DNA from: a virus
DNA length: 64,000 nucleotides
IMG/VR virus record: IMGVR_UViG_3300033149_003257
Coordinates: 32,001-96,000 of that record
Direction: 5' to 3' (one strand)
In this document: positions 1 through 8,775 of the stretch, piece by piece
Position numbering within the stretch: position 1 is the first letter of the stretch
How the letters are laid out: every line of letters starts with the position of its first letter
Notes under the pieces: generated by a model
What the model was told of the DNA's origin: nothing
Database searches by the model: none
Seen by the model: the letters and a program-made list of their open reading frames with translations, nothing else
Position numbers and translations under genes: made by a program

Positions 1-498
1 ATCATAACCAATAGATGTTAAAGTGTCTGCAAAAGTAAATACTAAATTATATATAGCATCTAGTTTTTCCCATCTTTCACAATTTTCAGGAATATTATCT
101 GGTTTTGTAACTACTAAGAAATCTTCTCCATCTTTATATAAAATACTATGTTCATTATGAAGTAATAAATCTATTGGATTTTTTATTTGTAAACCACCTA
201 TATCTACTAAAAGATCATAAAATAATGGATTTATTACAGGTATAGGAAGAATTATTTTAGCAAATCTTCTTCTTCTTTCATAATTACTAACAATATCTAC
301 TCCACATTCTTTACATTTTCCACCTGAAAAAGATATACCATAATATTTTCCACATTGACAAGTATAATTTTTCAATGGACCAAAAATTTGTTCAGAAAAT
401 AATCCCTCTGAATGAAATTTTTTCTTATCCATTATTTTAGTTGAAGTAACCTCTTTCAAATCTTTACAAAATTCATTAAAATTTAAAAGTTCTGGCAT
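1..498 (-). CDS. rpoC: RNA polymerase beta' subunit, N-terminal part (second copy; runs off the window edge; missing from ORF track)
   Basis: Manual translation from ATG at 498: MPELLNF...HSEGLFSEQIFGPLKNYTCQCGKYYG...GKCKECGVDIVSNYERRRRFAKIILPIPVINP. Contains the GLFxExIFGP motif and the Cys4 zinc-binding domain of beta'; frame open to position 1. Confidence 0.9.
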   Translation of the reverse strand, partial: MPELLNFNEFCKDLKEVTSTKIMDKKKFHSEGLFSEQIFGPLKNYTCQCGKYYGISFSGGKCKECGVDIVSNYERRRRFAKIILPIPVINPLFYDLLVDIGGLQIKNPIDLLLHNEHSILYKDGEDFLVVTKPDNIPENCERWEKLDAIYNLVFTFADTLTSIGYD

Positions 499-500
499 AT

Positions 501-734
501 TTAATGCTCTCCAAATTCTTCTATAATAAAATTTGCTATTTGAATAAAATGCTCTTTTACAACTGAAGAAACCACTAAATTAATATCTGGCAACAATTCA
601 TTAACTATTTGTTTTAATTCTTCTCTACTCAATTTCTCTTCGTAATTTTTTATTATGTTTGTAATTAATTGAATTAAAGTTTCTTCAATTGTAAGTTTAT
701 TAGTTTCTATTTCATTATTATTTTCTTGTGACAT
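501..734 (-). CDS. hypothetical protein
   Basis: 77 aa ORF, GGAG upstream, packed between neighbours. Confidence 0.6.
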   Translation of the reverse strand: MSQENNNEIETNKLTIEETLIQLITNIIKNYEEKLSREELKQIVNELLPDINLVVSSVVKEHFIQIANFIIEEFGEH

Positions 735-740
735 TAATTA

Positions 741-1109
741 CTAATCTCCTTTACTTAATTGAATAAACATTGAATTTACTTTTTTATATTTTATAGATTT
801 CCACAAAGTATAATAACATTCATCAAAATAAAAAGTTCTCAAATTATTTTCAATTATATTTAAAACTGAATCTGTTGGTTCAACATTTAAATACTTATCA
901 GAAAGACAATAAATATGATTATCTGGATCACAATTTGGATGATAACCATTTAATATTATCTTTTTAATTTTTTGGTGATTCGTTATAATTAAATAACCAT
1001 TTATAATATGATCTTCTGGTAAATCTAAAATAACGTATAAACTTTTTTGGTAAATTATTCGATTTGGAATAATTCTTTTATTTATAAATAAAAAATCAAT
1101 TTTATCCAC
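741..1109 (-). CDS. putative minimal E2/UBC-fold ubiquitin-conjugating-like protein
   Basis: YHPNCDPDNHIYCL matches the E2 signature HPN-x7/8-C-L; lies directly downstream of a ThiF/E1 gene. Confidence 0.55.
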   Translation of the reverse strand: MDKIDFLFINKRIIPNRIIYQKSLYVILDLPEDHIINGYLIITNHQKIKKIILNGYHPNCDPDNHIYCLSDKYLNVEPTDSVLNIIENNLRTFYFDECYYTLWKSIKYKKVNSMFIQLSKGD

Positions 1110-1114
1110 TTTTT

Positions 1115-2086
1115 TTAAGCTGCTCCAGTTTCTTCAATTATTTCAACAAAAGAACCATCATCATCTTTATGAACACTAATAACAAAATTAGAAGTCATAA
1201 ATGGAAAATTGATCATAGAAGAAATAATAGATGTAACATCAGTAGAATCTCTTATATAACATTTAGGTATTGTTTTATTAAATAAGGAATGTTCTTTCTC
1301 ACCAAGACAAATTGTTAATGGATTCTCTTTATTTAATTTTATAATTGGAATAATATGTTCTGATAAATTTACTACTTTATCTGTTTTTTCAGTTGAATTA
1401 TAAATAATATCTATTCTTTTTGATATACTACTATCAATACTTTCTTGTAATAAATTATCTAAAAAATCTAAATGAACTCGATGTATTATTTGATTATTTA
1501 TAAAATAATAGATTTGTTTACTAGCAATTATTTGAGAAGCAAATGATGATGCTTTTTGTATATCAGATTTACTCAGTTTAATTATATATCTTCCTTCATA
1601 TTGATAATTTGTTTTTACATTTTTTCTGCAATCAATAATTAGACTTTTACCTGAAATATATAATCTAATATTTATTTCTTTTGATCTATTACATACAAAA
1701 TCTCTACAATCTATAACTAAATCACAATCAGAAAAACATTTGCATTTTTCTATATATTTATTTTTAAATTTTGTTACAGTTACATCATCTGATATAATTT
1801 CTTCTAAAACATCAACTTTAAACTTACCAATATGTTCATATTTATAAATAGATGTTTTTAGATTTTTATTTTCTACAATATCATTATCTATAATAACAAT
1901 TTCTTTTACATCACTTAAAAATGATAAGTATCTACATAAAAATCCACCTAAAGATCCCAATCCAATTATTGCAATTTTTCTTATTTTATATTTAAAATTA
2001 TCATTAAAGATATTAGTATATATAACATTTAATTTTTCTTCTTTAATCAAAGGTTCCTTATCATTTTGATATCTTTCCTCTTTCAC
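1115..2086 (-). CDS. divergent ThiF/E1-family adenylating enzyme with C-terminal extension
   Basis: IAIIGLGSLGG nucleotide-binding loop, IIDNDIVENKNL, IGKFKVDVL, DLVIDCRD. Confidence 0.8.
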   Translation of the reverse strand: MKEERYQNDKEPLIKEEKLNVIYTNIFNDNFKYKIRKIAIIGLGSLGGFLCRYLSFLSDVKEIVIIDNDIVENKNLKTSIYKYEHIGKFKVDVLEEIISDDVTVTKFKNKYIEKCKCFSDCDLVIDCRDFVCNRSKEINIRLYISGKSLIIDCRKNVKTNYQYEGRYIIKLSKSDIQKASSFASQIIASKQIYYFINNQIIHRVHLDFLDNLLQESIDSSISKRIDIIYNSTEKTDKVVNLSEHIIPIIKLNKENPLTICLGEKEHSLFNKTIPKCYIRDSTDVTSIISSMINFPFMTSNFVISVHKDDDGSFVEIIEETGAA

Positions 2087-2096
2087 AGAGAAACTC

Positions 2097-2342
2097 CTAT
2101 TGATTACTTTCCATTATATTAAGCATTTCATCAATATTGTTCTTTAGAAAAATAAGTTCTTTTTTACTTAATCTTCCCATTTTTCCATATCCAATAGTTT
2201 CATCTTTTTTTACGTAACTTCTAGTTATTTGTAACTTAATTTCTCCTTCATCATATTTCATTAAAGACATTAATAATGATTTATTGTTTTCACCATTCAT
2301 TTCAAATAATTTTATTAAGACATCTTTTTCTGGATCCCACAT
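2097..2342 (-). CDS. PC4/YdbC-like ssDNA-binding protein
   Basis: Pattern SLMKYDEGEIKLQITRSY...GYGKMGRLSKKELIFL resembles the PC4 fold. Confidence 0.45.
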   Translation of the reverse strand: MWDPEKDVLIKLFEMNGENNKSLLMSLMKYDEGEIKLQITRSYVKKDETIGYGKMGRLSKKELIFLKNNIDEMLNIMESNQ

Positions 2343-2361
2343 TTTTCCCCCTTATTAAAAT

Positions 2362-2398
2362 AAATAATCTGGAGAAAAAAATATTCTCCAGATTATTT
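2362..2398 (-). terminator. intrinsic terminator-like hairpin
   Basis: 15-bp inverted repeat AAATAATCTGGAGAA / TTCTCCAGATTATTT just downstream of the ORF ending at 2411. Confidence 0.7.
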
Positions 2399-2410
2399 TT
2401 CAAAAAATTA

Positions 2411-3037
2411 TTAATCTTTTTTTAGTTTACGATCTTTAATTTTAGAAATAATATTCGACTCTGTAAAGCTAGGAATAGGTTTATAAGAAGATTTGTAATC
2501 AAAATCTTTAGATGTAACTACTAATGGATAAATATGAGGTATTCTTAATATAGCACGATGAATCGATTTTCTATCTTTTCTGGTTGCTGTAACTAATTTA
2601 ATTTTATTATATAATTGTATATCAAGTGATTTAAAATGTTCATTTAATTTCTCTATTTCATCTACATCTTTTATTTTTTTTATCTTTAATATTTCTCTAT
2701 TATTCTTATTCCATGTAGAATCAAATGAACCTTTTTTAGAATTATTTTTAATCCATCGATTAACATATGGATTAATTTTATCATCATTTGTTTTTCTATA
2801 TAATGCTTTTACCGCTTTTTTGTAAGAATATGACTTTCCCTTTTGTTTATTATATGTATCTAATAATGAACATATACTAATTCCTCTAGCTAATATATTA
2901 AAATTTTCATCAATTAAAATACAAACTGTATAGACAATAGAAATTTCAGTTGTATTTTTATAAAATCTAATATATTTTACTCCTTTATCTTGAAGATTTT
3001 TCTTAAGAAATCTCCTTTTTTTATTTCCTTTCTTCAT
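2411..3037 (-). CDS. basic hypothetical protein
   Basis: 208 aa ORF with GGAGG RBS; ARGISICSLLDTYNKQKG motif typical of small phage proteins. Confidence 0.7.
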   Translation of the reverse strand: MKKGNKKRRFLKKNLQDKGVKYIRFYKNTTEISIVYTVCILIDENFNILARGISICSLLDTYNKQKGKSYSYKKAVKALYRKTNDDKINPYVNRWIKNNSKKGSFDSTWNKNNREILKIKKIKDVDEIEKLNEHFKSLDIQLYNKIKLVTATRKDRKSIHRAILRIPHIYPLVVTSKDFDYKSSYKPIPSFTESNIISKIKDRKLKKD

Positions 3038-3099
3038 TTCCTCCTATCTCCACAGATAACTTAGATAGTCTATTTAAAATAAAATTATTTATTATTTTT

Positions 3100-3134
3100 A
3101 GGGGATAATATATACAAAATATATATTATCCCCT
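3100..3134. terminator. perfect 15-bp hairpin after the Ubl gene
   Basis: AGGGGATAATATATA-CAAAA-TATATATTATCCCCT. Confidence 0.6.
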
Positions 3135-3154
3135 TTTCATTATTTAATTAATAA

Positions 3155-3622
3155 CTATTTATAACCTTTTCCACCAGCTGGTTTTAGAAATTCTAAATTA
3201 TCACCAAATTGTAAAACATAACCAGATGGAACCTGTTTTCCATTAACTATTCCATCTGCCATTTTGTCAATATTTAAAACTTCCCGAAGAAATTCAGAAA
3301 CCGCACCAACTGTTTTTCCAACAACATCAAAACGACCAGATGCAGCACCACTAGAAACTAAAATTGTTGTTGTGCACCTATCACCAAATCGAGCAGATGG
3401 TTTTGTAAAGCTGCTAGTAAATACAGCACTTATGTCTGTCACTTTATTAGAATCAACATTACTAATAGAAGGAGATGCTCCATATTTTTCTAAAATTGCA
3501 TCAATAACTACATCTTTTCTTTTCTTAGACATACCCGGTATATCTAATTCATAAACACACATAGTTCTAAGATCAGCGACAGTCCTAGCTTCCAACTCTT
3601 CTCTTGTAAATTCTTTTTTCAT
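3155..3622 (-). CDS. ubiquitin-like (beta-grasp) protein with N-terminal Rho-N/HeH helical domain
   Basis: C-terminal IVNGKQV...YVLQFGDNLEFLKPAGGKG(YK) is MoaD/ThiS/PRTRC-C-like; N-terminal LEARTVADLRTMC..LDIPGMSKKRKDVVIDAIL is Rho-N-like. Confidence 0.8.
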   Translation of the reverse strand: MKKEFTREELEARTVADLRTMCVYELDIPGMSKKRKDVVIDAILEKYGASPSISNVDSNKVTDISAVFTSSFTKPSARFGDRCTTTILVSSGAASGRFDVVGKTVGAVSEFLREVLNIDKMADGIVNGKQVPSGYVLQFGDNLEFLKPAGGKGYK

Positions 3623-3634
3623 TTTTTTTTTCTC

Positions 3635-4342
3635 CTAAATAAAAGATTTTAAAAGTTTTTGCTTTGGTTTTCTAATTTTTGAGCTTGCTGACATAGTTTT
3701 TATATCAAAATATATTTCTGAGTAAGTATAATCTTTTAAAACTACAATATTATAAAAAGCCCAACACATAATTGTAGCAACTCCTAAATTAGTAAAATAT
3801 AATTGTGGATCAGACTGAGCTAATTCTTCACAAGACAAATCATCAGGATGATTATCTTGAGCATTAATTATTTCAGGATGATAATCCGTAACTTTTGGAG
3901 TTATATCAACATCATTATATCTAACATATATTTGGACATTTCCATCTGTATATTCATTACCACCAGAAATTAAAATTATATTTGATAATGTACTACAATA
4001 ATCTGAAACTATTCTTCTTGTTTTATGATTATCTACACATACAAAAACTATATCATTATTATAAATATAAGAAGAAATATTATCATCATTTAAAAATTGA
4101 GAAACAAAATTGATGTCTAAATTATTAAATTTTTTTCTCAATTCTTCCATTTTAACTTTTGATTTGTTACCTAACATCATAAAATCTTGTCTTTCAAAAT
4201 TTTTAGGTTCGTATGAATCACCATCAATTAATTTAATATGTGATTCAAAGTTATTTAAATAATTTAAAAATCTACATATTTTTTCTGATAATATAGAACC
4301 AATTCCACCCAAACCAATTATTTTAATATTAATACATTCCAT
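3635..4342 (-). CDS. ThiF/E1 ubiquitin-activating-like enzyme (PRTRC-type)
   Basis: IGLGGIGS, LIDGDSYEPKNFERQ, CVDNHKTR, ISGGNE, LSCEE (putative catalytic Cys), PQLYFTN. Confidence 0.9.
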   Translation of the reverse strand: MECINIKIIGLGGIGSILSEKICRFLNYLNNFESHIKLIDGDSYEPKNFERQDFMMLGNKSKVKMEELRKKFNNLDINFVSQFLNDDNISSYIYNNDIVFVCVDNHKTRRIVSDYCSTLSNIILISGGNEYTDGNVQIYVRYNDVDITPKVTDYHPEIINAQDNHPDDLSCEELAQSDPQLYFTNLGVATIMCWAFYNIVVLKDYTYSEIYFDIKTMSASSKIRKPKQKLLKSFI

Positions 4343-4362
4343 AACTTAATCCTTTTAAGTAT

Positions 4363-5382
4363 TTAAAATTTCAATTTATTGGAATATTCTCTATTTGTTT
4401 TAATAATATCTTCTTGGGAATTATCACTAAAATTATAATTATCTTCATCAACATAAAAAAAATCTTCAACATCTACATCTAAATAATCTTCATTATCTTC
4501 ATCCCATTCTTCTATTTGTAATTTCATTTTATAATTTCTAAATACACATTCATTACATGGATTATATTCTTCATCTTCAATATTATTATTAAATAAGCTA
4601 TAATTAATATTTCCACTTGATAAGAAAGAAGAAGAAAATGGAAAAGATTGTTGATTATTATAAAAACTATAAGGGGACATTGAAAAATTGGAAACATAAA
4701 CTCTTTCAGATACATTTTTAAGCCAATCATTAACATTATAATTACATTTATTTTCATTTATTAAATATCTTAATTTTTTAAAATTATCTACTTCTTTAGA
4801 ATCTTCAGATAAAACAAGACCATCAATATATAAAGTTGGATCTACAATAAATCTAGAACCATTCGAAACTATACATGCAGATATACTAACATTTTCAGTA
4901 GGAATATTACCAATTGTTATATGTAAACCATCAAAATATTTTTCATCGTTGATATCTATACCGGAATGAAAAGCACTCATAAAACCATGAGAATGTATAG
5001 TTGCAATCATAATATAATTTTTTGGGCTTGCATTTCTTGTATATTTAATACCGCCTGGAGAAACTTCTTGCAATGGAGAATCGAAAAAATAACTATTATC
5101 TAACAAATTATAATATATAACTATAATTGACTCTCCTTTATACAAATCATATACTTTTTTGAAAAAAGTTATAATTTTATAAAATTCTTCGTTTGAAATT
5201 TTTGGAATATCTAATTTTGCAGAAGATGAAATACTATTTAATATAGAAATATTATCAACTGGTGTTATACTTTCTAATATCCCAACTTTCTTTTTTAAAA
5301 AAATACCTTCTTTAGCAACTATATAAAATATATCATCATCTGGAATCTCTTCTATTCCATTATTAATAAAAATTTTAAACAC
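4363..5382 (-). CDS. JAB/JAMM metallopeptidase (deubiquitinase-like) with acidic tail
   Basis: TIHSHGFMSAFHSGIDINDE = HxH-x7-S-xx-D JAMM motif; upstream Glu in KGESIIV; DGLHITIG. Confidence 0.9.
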   Translation of the reverse strand: MFKIFINNGIEEIPDDDIFYIVAKEGIFLKKKVGILESITPVDNISILNSISSSAKLDIPKISNEEFYKIITFFKKVYDLYKGESIIVIYYNLLDNSYFFDSPLQEVSPGGIKYTRNASPKNYIMIATIHSHGFMSAFHSGIDINDEKYFDGLHITIGNIPTENVSISACIVSNGSRFIVDPTLYIDGLVLSEDSKEVDNFKKLRYLINENKCNYNVNDWLKNVSERVYVSNFSMSPYSFYNNQQSFPFSSSFLSSGNINYSLFNNNIEDEEYNPCNECVFRNYKMKLQIEEWDEDNEDYLDVDVEDFFYVDEDNYNFSDNSQEDIIKTNREYSNKLKF

Positions 5383-5387
5383 TATTT

Positions 5388-8042
5388 TTATTCTCCTATA
5401 ATATTAATAATTTCTTTGGGGTCTACCATAATCCCATACTCTCTACGAACATTCGTATCTTTTATTTCTGTATAAGAATTATGAAAAGTTGGAATTACTT
5501 TTTTAAATTGATTTTGATTTACAATTTGTTTTAAACTTTTTCTCGGATTTAATATTCCATATCTAGATATTATACCATTTTTTCTAAAATGTCGTGCATA
5601 AGAATGAGAATACTCATCTTTTATAATATTGACTAAATATTTTTTGTGTAATGGTTCATAACTAGAATTTTCTAACATAGTTATGTTATTATTCATAGTC
5701 TCAAAAATGTCACCACCTTGAAAACCAAAAGTAGAGAATAAAATAGAATCATGATTTATTTTTGACCATGATGGCATATCTTTTGTATATAGTTCAAAAT
5801 TTTCTAACAAATCATCAAACCAAATAGTACAACAGTTTGAACATAAAACTAAAGGTTGATTACAACCAGTATCTGTTAAAAAAGCAACAATAATATTTGC
5901 TTTACTTTTTGGAAAACATTTTATTCCTTTTACCTTTGCTTTTATCTTAGTTCCAACTTTTACACCATTATATTCCGAAGAAACATGTCTAATTGTTCCA
6001 GCATTTATTATTCCAGTTCTAAAACTAATAAAATTTTTCTCATAATTAATATTATCATTACTATTCATTGAAATTACCAAATGATGAAAATCATTTACTG
6101 AAAAATTTGTAATTTGTCTAATTTTTAACATATCTACTGGATTTCTCCAATCTACAAAAATAACTTTATCTCCTAGTGAAAATTGTATATCTAAATCAAA
6201 ACTTCTGATTTTAACATGATCATCAGCTAATATATCTTGTATATTAAAATTTCTATTATAATCTAATTTATCAAGTTGATCAATATAATATCCATCTTTT
6301 CTAACATTTATAATTAAATTCTTACTACTATGCTGTAAATATAATCCATTTCTTACAGTTGAAACCATATTAGCATCATTATTTTCAGTTTCATTAACAA
6401 TATTATGATAATTAAAAAAACTATTTATGTCATAAATTTCTACTTCTTTATTACTGTTTTCAAATATACATCCTAAAACATTATCTTCTGTTTCTGTATC
6501 AAAAGCAACAAATTTTAATAATTTATAAAAATGAATAATTGGACTAAATATTCTTCTACTTTTTTTCATACGTTCATTAAAATAATATTTCTTTCCTATT
6601 TCCAATTTAGTACCATTATTTAATACTATATTATTTAAATCTATATGCTCAGCGACAATAGAATCAGATAAATAATTATAATTATCTGTTATTATTTCTG
6701 CTTTACCATCGTAATTAATTCTAATTTTATTTACCTTATTATAAATACCTTCTATTGGAAAAGTAATTTTAATAATATCTCCGCTTTTTATTGTTACACC
6801 ATTTTTTAAAATAATTTCAGATAAAGAATTTGTATCAAAAATTTGATTCATATATTGCATAAATTTATTAGTTAATTTATACTTTACTACTTTACTATTT
6901 TCTCTATCTTCAAAATTAATATATCTAACTTCTTCAAAATTATTCTCAAAACTATTCTTAAAAATTAGAGAATATATATATTTAACTCTTCCATTATTAA
7001 ATTTAACGGAATCTCCAACAGACAATATACGATCATTTAAATAAAGATTTTTTGAAAAACTTTCTACAAGTGTATAATATTCTTCACCTTCTTCACTTAT
7101 TTCTAATTCATCTACAACATCAATACCTTCACTAAAAAAAGAAACTATATCAAAATAACCTATAATATTTTGTCTGTTTTTCTTGATCTTTTTTTGTATA
7201 AGTGTTTCTACTAATCCCTTCAAATGGACGTTAGCCTTTAACCAATTTACATTAAATATAAACATTGGATCTTTCATAGAATAATAAGACCATGTTAAAA
7301 AATCAGATAACTCTAAAGGTCCTTCTCGTTCGTAATCAATATAATGATATGAATAATCTTTATTAAATATATTTTTCCAGAATGCATTAATATAAGCTTC
7401 AATAGTTTCGTTACAGTTTCCATATGTATATTTATTAGTAATTTCGCCTAAACAAACAGAATAATTTGTATTAATATTTGTTAAATTCGGTTTTAAAAGG
7501 TCATCTTCTAAAGAACCAAATGGAGATAATTTAAAAAATACTTTCATTTCTTTTACTATAGGACCATCAAAAATAAATATATATATAATATAAGGAAATG
7601 ATAAAGATATTTTGTATGGAGATTTATTTTCTTGAAGGAAATTTTGTAAATTAAATATATCTATTTTTCCTTCAATTTTTAATTTTTCAATTATAGCTTC
7701 AAAATTAAAATCTATAAAAATAGTTCTTATTCTTGGTTGTTCTTCAATAACAAATATTTTTTTATGTGTTAAATCTTTAAAAAATCTACAGTTTTTAGGA
7801 AGCAACATATCTAAATCAGCATGTGAATCTTGTATTAATATTTTCTGCATATGCTTAAAAAAATCACTTGTGAGTAATGAAAATTTATTTGAAAAAGGTA
7901 CTACATTAGCTTCAGCTTCATTGATATCTTTTTCTACTAAATTTAATTCAGATATTTTTTCATTACTAAATGCTTTTATATTATATAAACCTGTTTTATT
8001 TCTATCAATAATTATACAATCATTTGTTGACATTGTTGACAT
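5388..8042 (-). CDS. large protein with prokaryotic E2-fold (family D / PRTRC-B-like) domain and repeated beta-rich C-terminal modules
   Basis: LSFPYIIYIF...VFFK...LLKPNLTNINTNYSVCLG...INAFWKNIFNKD matches the P-x-x-N...VC-G...FW-x-S/N-x-F pattern; first gene of the E2-JAB-E1-Ubl operon. Confidence 0.75.
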   Translation of the reverse strand: MSTMSTNDCIIIDRNKTGLYNIKAFSNEKISELNLVEKDINEAEANVVPFSNKFSLLTSDFFKHMQKILIQDSHADLDMLLPKNCRFFKDLTHKKIFVIEEQPRIRTIFIDFNFEAIIEKLKIEGKIDIFNLQNFLQENKSPYKISLSFPYIIYIFIFDGPIVKEMKVFFKLSPFGSLEDDLLKPNLTNINTNYSVCLGEITNKYTYGNCNETIEAYINAFWKNIFNKDYSYHYIDYEREGPLELSDFLTWSYYSMKDPMFIFNVNWLKANVHLKGLVETLIQKKIKKNRQNIIGYFDIVSFFSEGIDVVDELEISEEGEEYYTLVESFSKNLYLNDRILSVGDSVKFNNGRVKYIYSLIFKNSFENNFEEVRYINFEDRENSKVVKYKLTNKFMQYMNQIFDTNSLSEIILKNGVTIKSGDIIKITFPIEGIYNKVNKIRINYDGKAEIITDNYNYLSDSIVAEHIDLNNIVLNNGTKLEIGKKYYFNERMKKSRRIFSPIIHFYKLLKFVAFDTETEDNVLGCIFENSNKEVEIYDINSFFNYHNIVNETENNDANMVSTVRNGLYLQHSSKNLIINVRKDGYYIDQLDKLDYNRNFNIQDILADDHVKIRSFDLDIQFSLGDKVIFVDWRNPVDMLKIRQITNFSVNDFHHLVISMNSNDNINYEKNFISFRTGIINAGTIRHVSSEYNGVKVGTKIKAKVKGIKCFPKSKANIIVAFLTDTGCNQPLVLCSNCCTIWFDDLLENFELYTKDMPSWSKINHDSILFSTFGFQGGDIFETMNNNITMLENSSYEPLHKKYLVNIIKDEYSHSYARHFRKNGIISRYGILNPRKSLKQIVNQNQFKKVIPTFHNSYTEIKDTNVRREYGIMVDPKEIINIIGE

Positions 8043-8044
8043 AA

Positions 8045-8416
8045 TTATTCACCTTTCATAAATTTTAACATTTTTGCATATTTTGTTATTATTTTTTTTG
8101 CTGTTTCTTCATGAATCGCAAAAGTCTTTTTTGTTCTTAAACCTTTTCTATTTTTTAGTAAATCTTCAGTTAATGCTGATTGTAAAACTATAATAAATTT
8201 TCCTGGCATTTCTCTTTCTAAATTAAGATAACTTGTTTCATTTTTTGTTTTTCCAGGAACCTGTAAAGATAAAAATATATTTGGCCCTTTTGGTAAATTG
8301 ACATAATCTTGTATTGTAGAAACTTCTTCTTGATAAATACTATCACAAAGTCTTTTTACTTGTTCATCAAGACTACTATCTTCACAGTCGATTAAAACTT
8401 CTTCTAAAAGTGTCAT
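8045..8416 (-). CDS. hypothetical protein
   Basis: 123 aa ORF in operon. Confidence 0.7.
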   Translation of the reverse strand: MTLLEEVLIDCEDSSLDEQVKRLCDSIYQEEVSTIQDYVNLPKGPNIFLSLQVPGKTKNETSYLNLEREMPGKFIIVLQSALTEDLLKNRKGLRTKKTFAIHEETAKKIITKYAKMLKFMKGE

Positions 8417-8417
8417 T

Positions 8418-8768
8418 TTATTCCCCTAAATATGATTCACAAAATTGTTTCATATTAACAAATATTGATTTAAATAATTTTTCTTTATTAATTTTTTTTG
8501 TTGATGATTGATATAATATAAATGCAAATACCTCTTCAATAAAAGTTAAAATATCATCATCCAATTCTTCTACACTATTTGTATTTTGAATATATGCCTG
8601 GTTATTAATTATATCAATAAAATTAAACCTATCTTTCAAATTATTATTATCTTTAAATAAAATATTATTCATTCTTAATATACAACCAAATATATTATTT
8701 AACCATATAACTCCATTTGTTGTATCAATTTCTAAAGTTGCTAGAGGAATTTTTTTAATTAGTCTCAT
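8418..8768 (-). CDS. hypothetical protein
   Basis: 116 aa ORF with GGAGG RBS. Confidence 0.7.
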   Translation of the reverse strand: MRLIKKIPLATLEIDTTNGVIWLNNIFGCILRMNNILFKDNNNLKDRFNFIDIINNQAYIQNTNSVEELDDDILTFIEEVFAFILYQSSTKKINKEKLFKSIFVNMKQFCESYLGE

Positions 8769-8775
8769 AAATTAA

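Noticed and set aside
1115-4342. ThiF/Ubl genes as thiamine or molybdopterin biosynthesis
   Set aside because: No thiG/moaE or sulfur-transfer genes in the window; linkage to E2-fold and JAB genes favours conjugation, although sulfur transfer is not formally excluded.
4524-4757. Alternative-frame ORF inside the JAB gene; likewise 63549-63737
   Set aside because: Fully nested in better-supported genes; low-complexity I/L/K translation.
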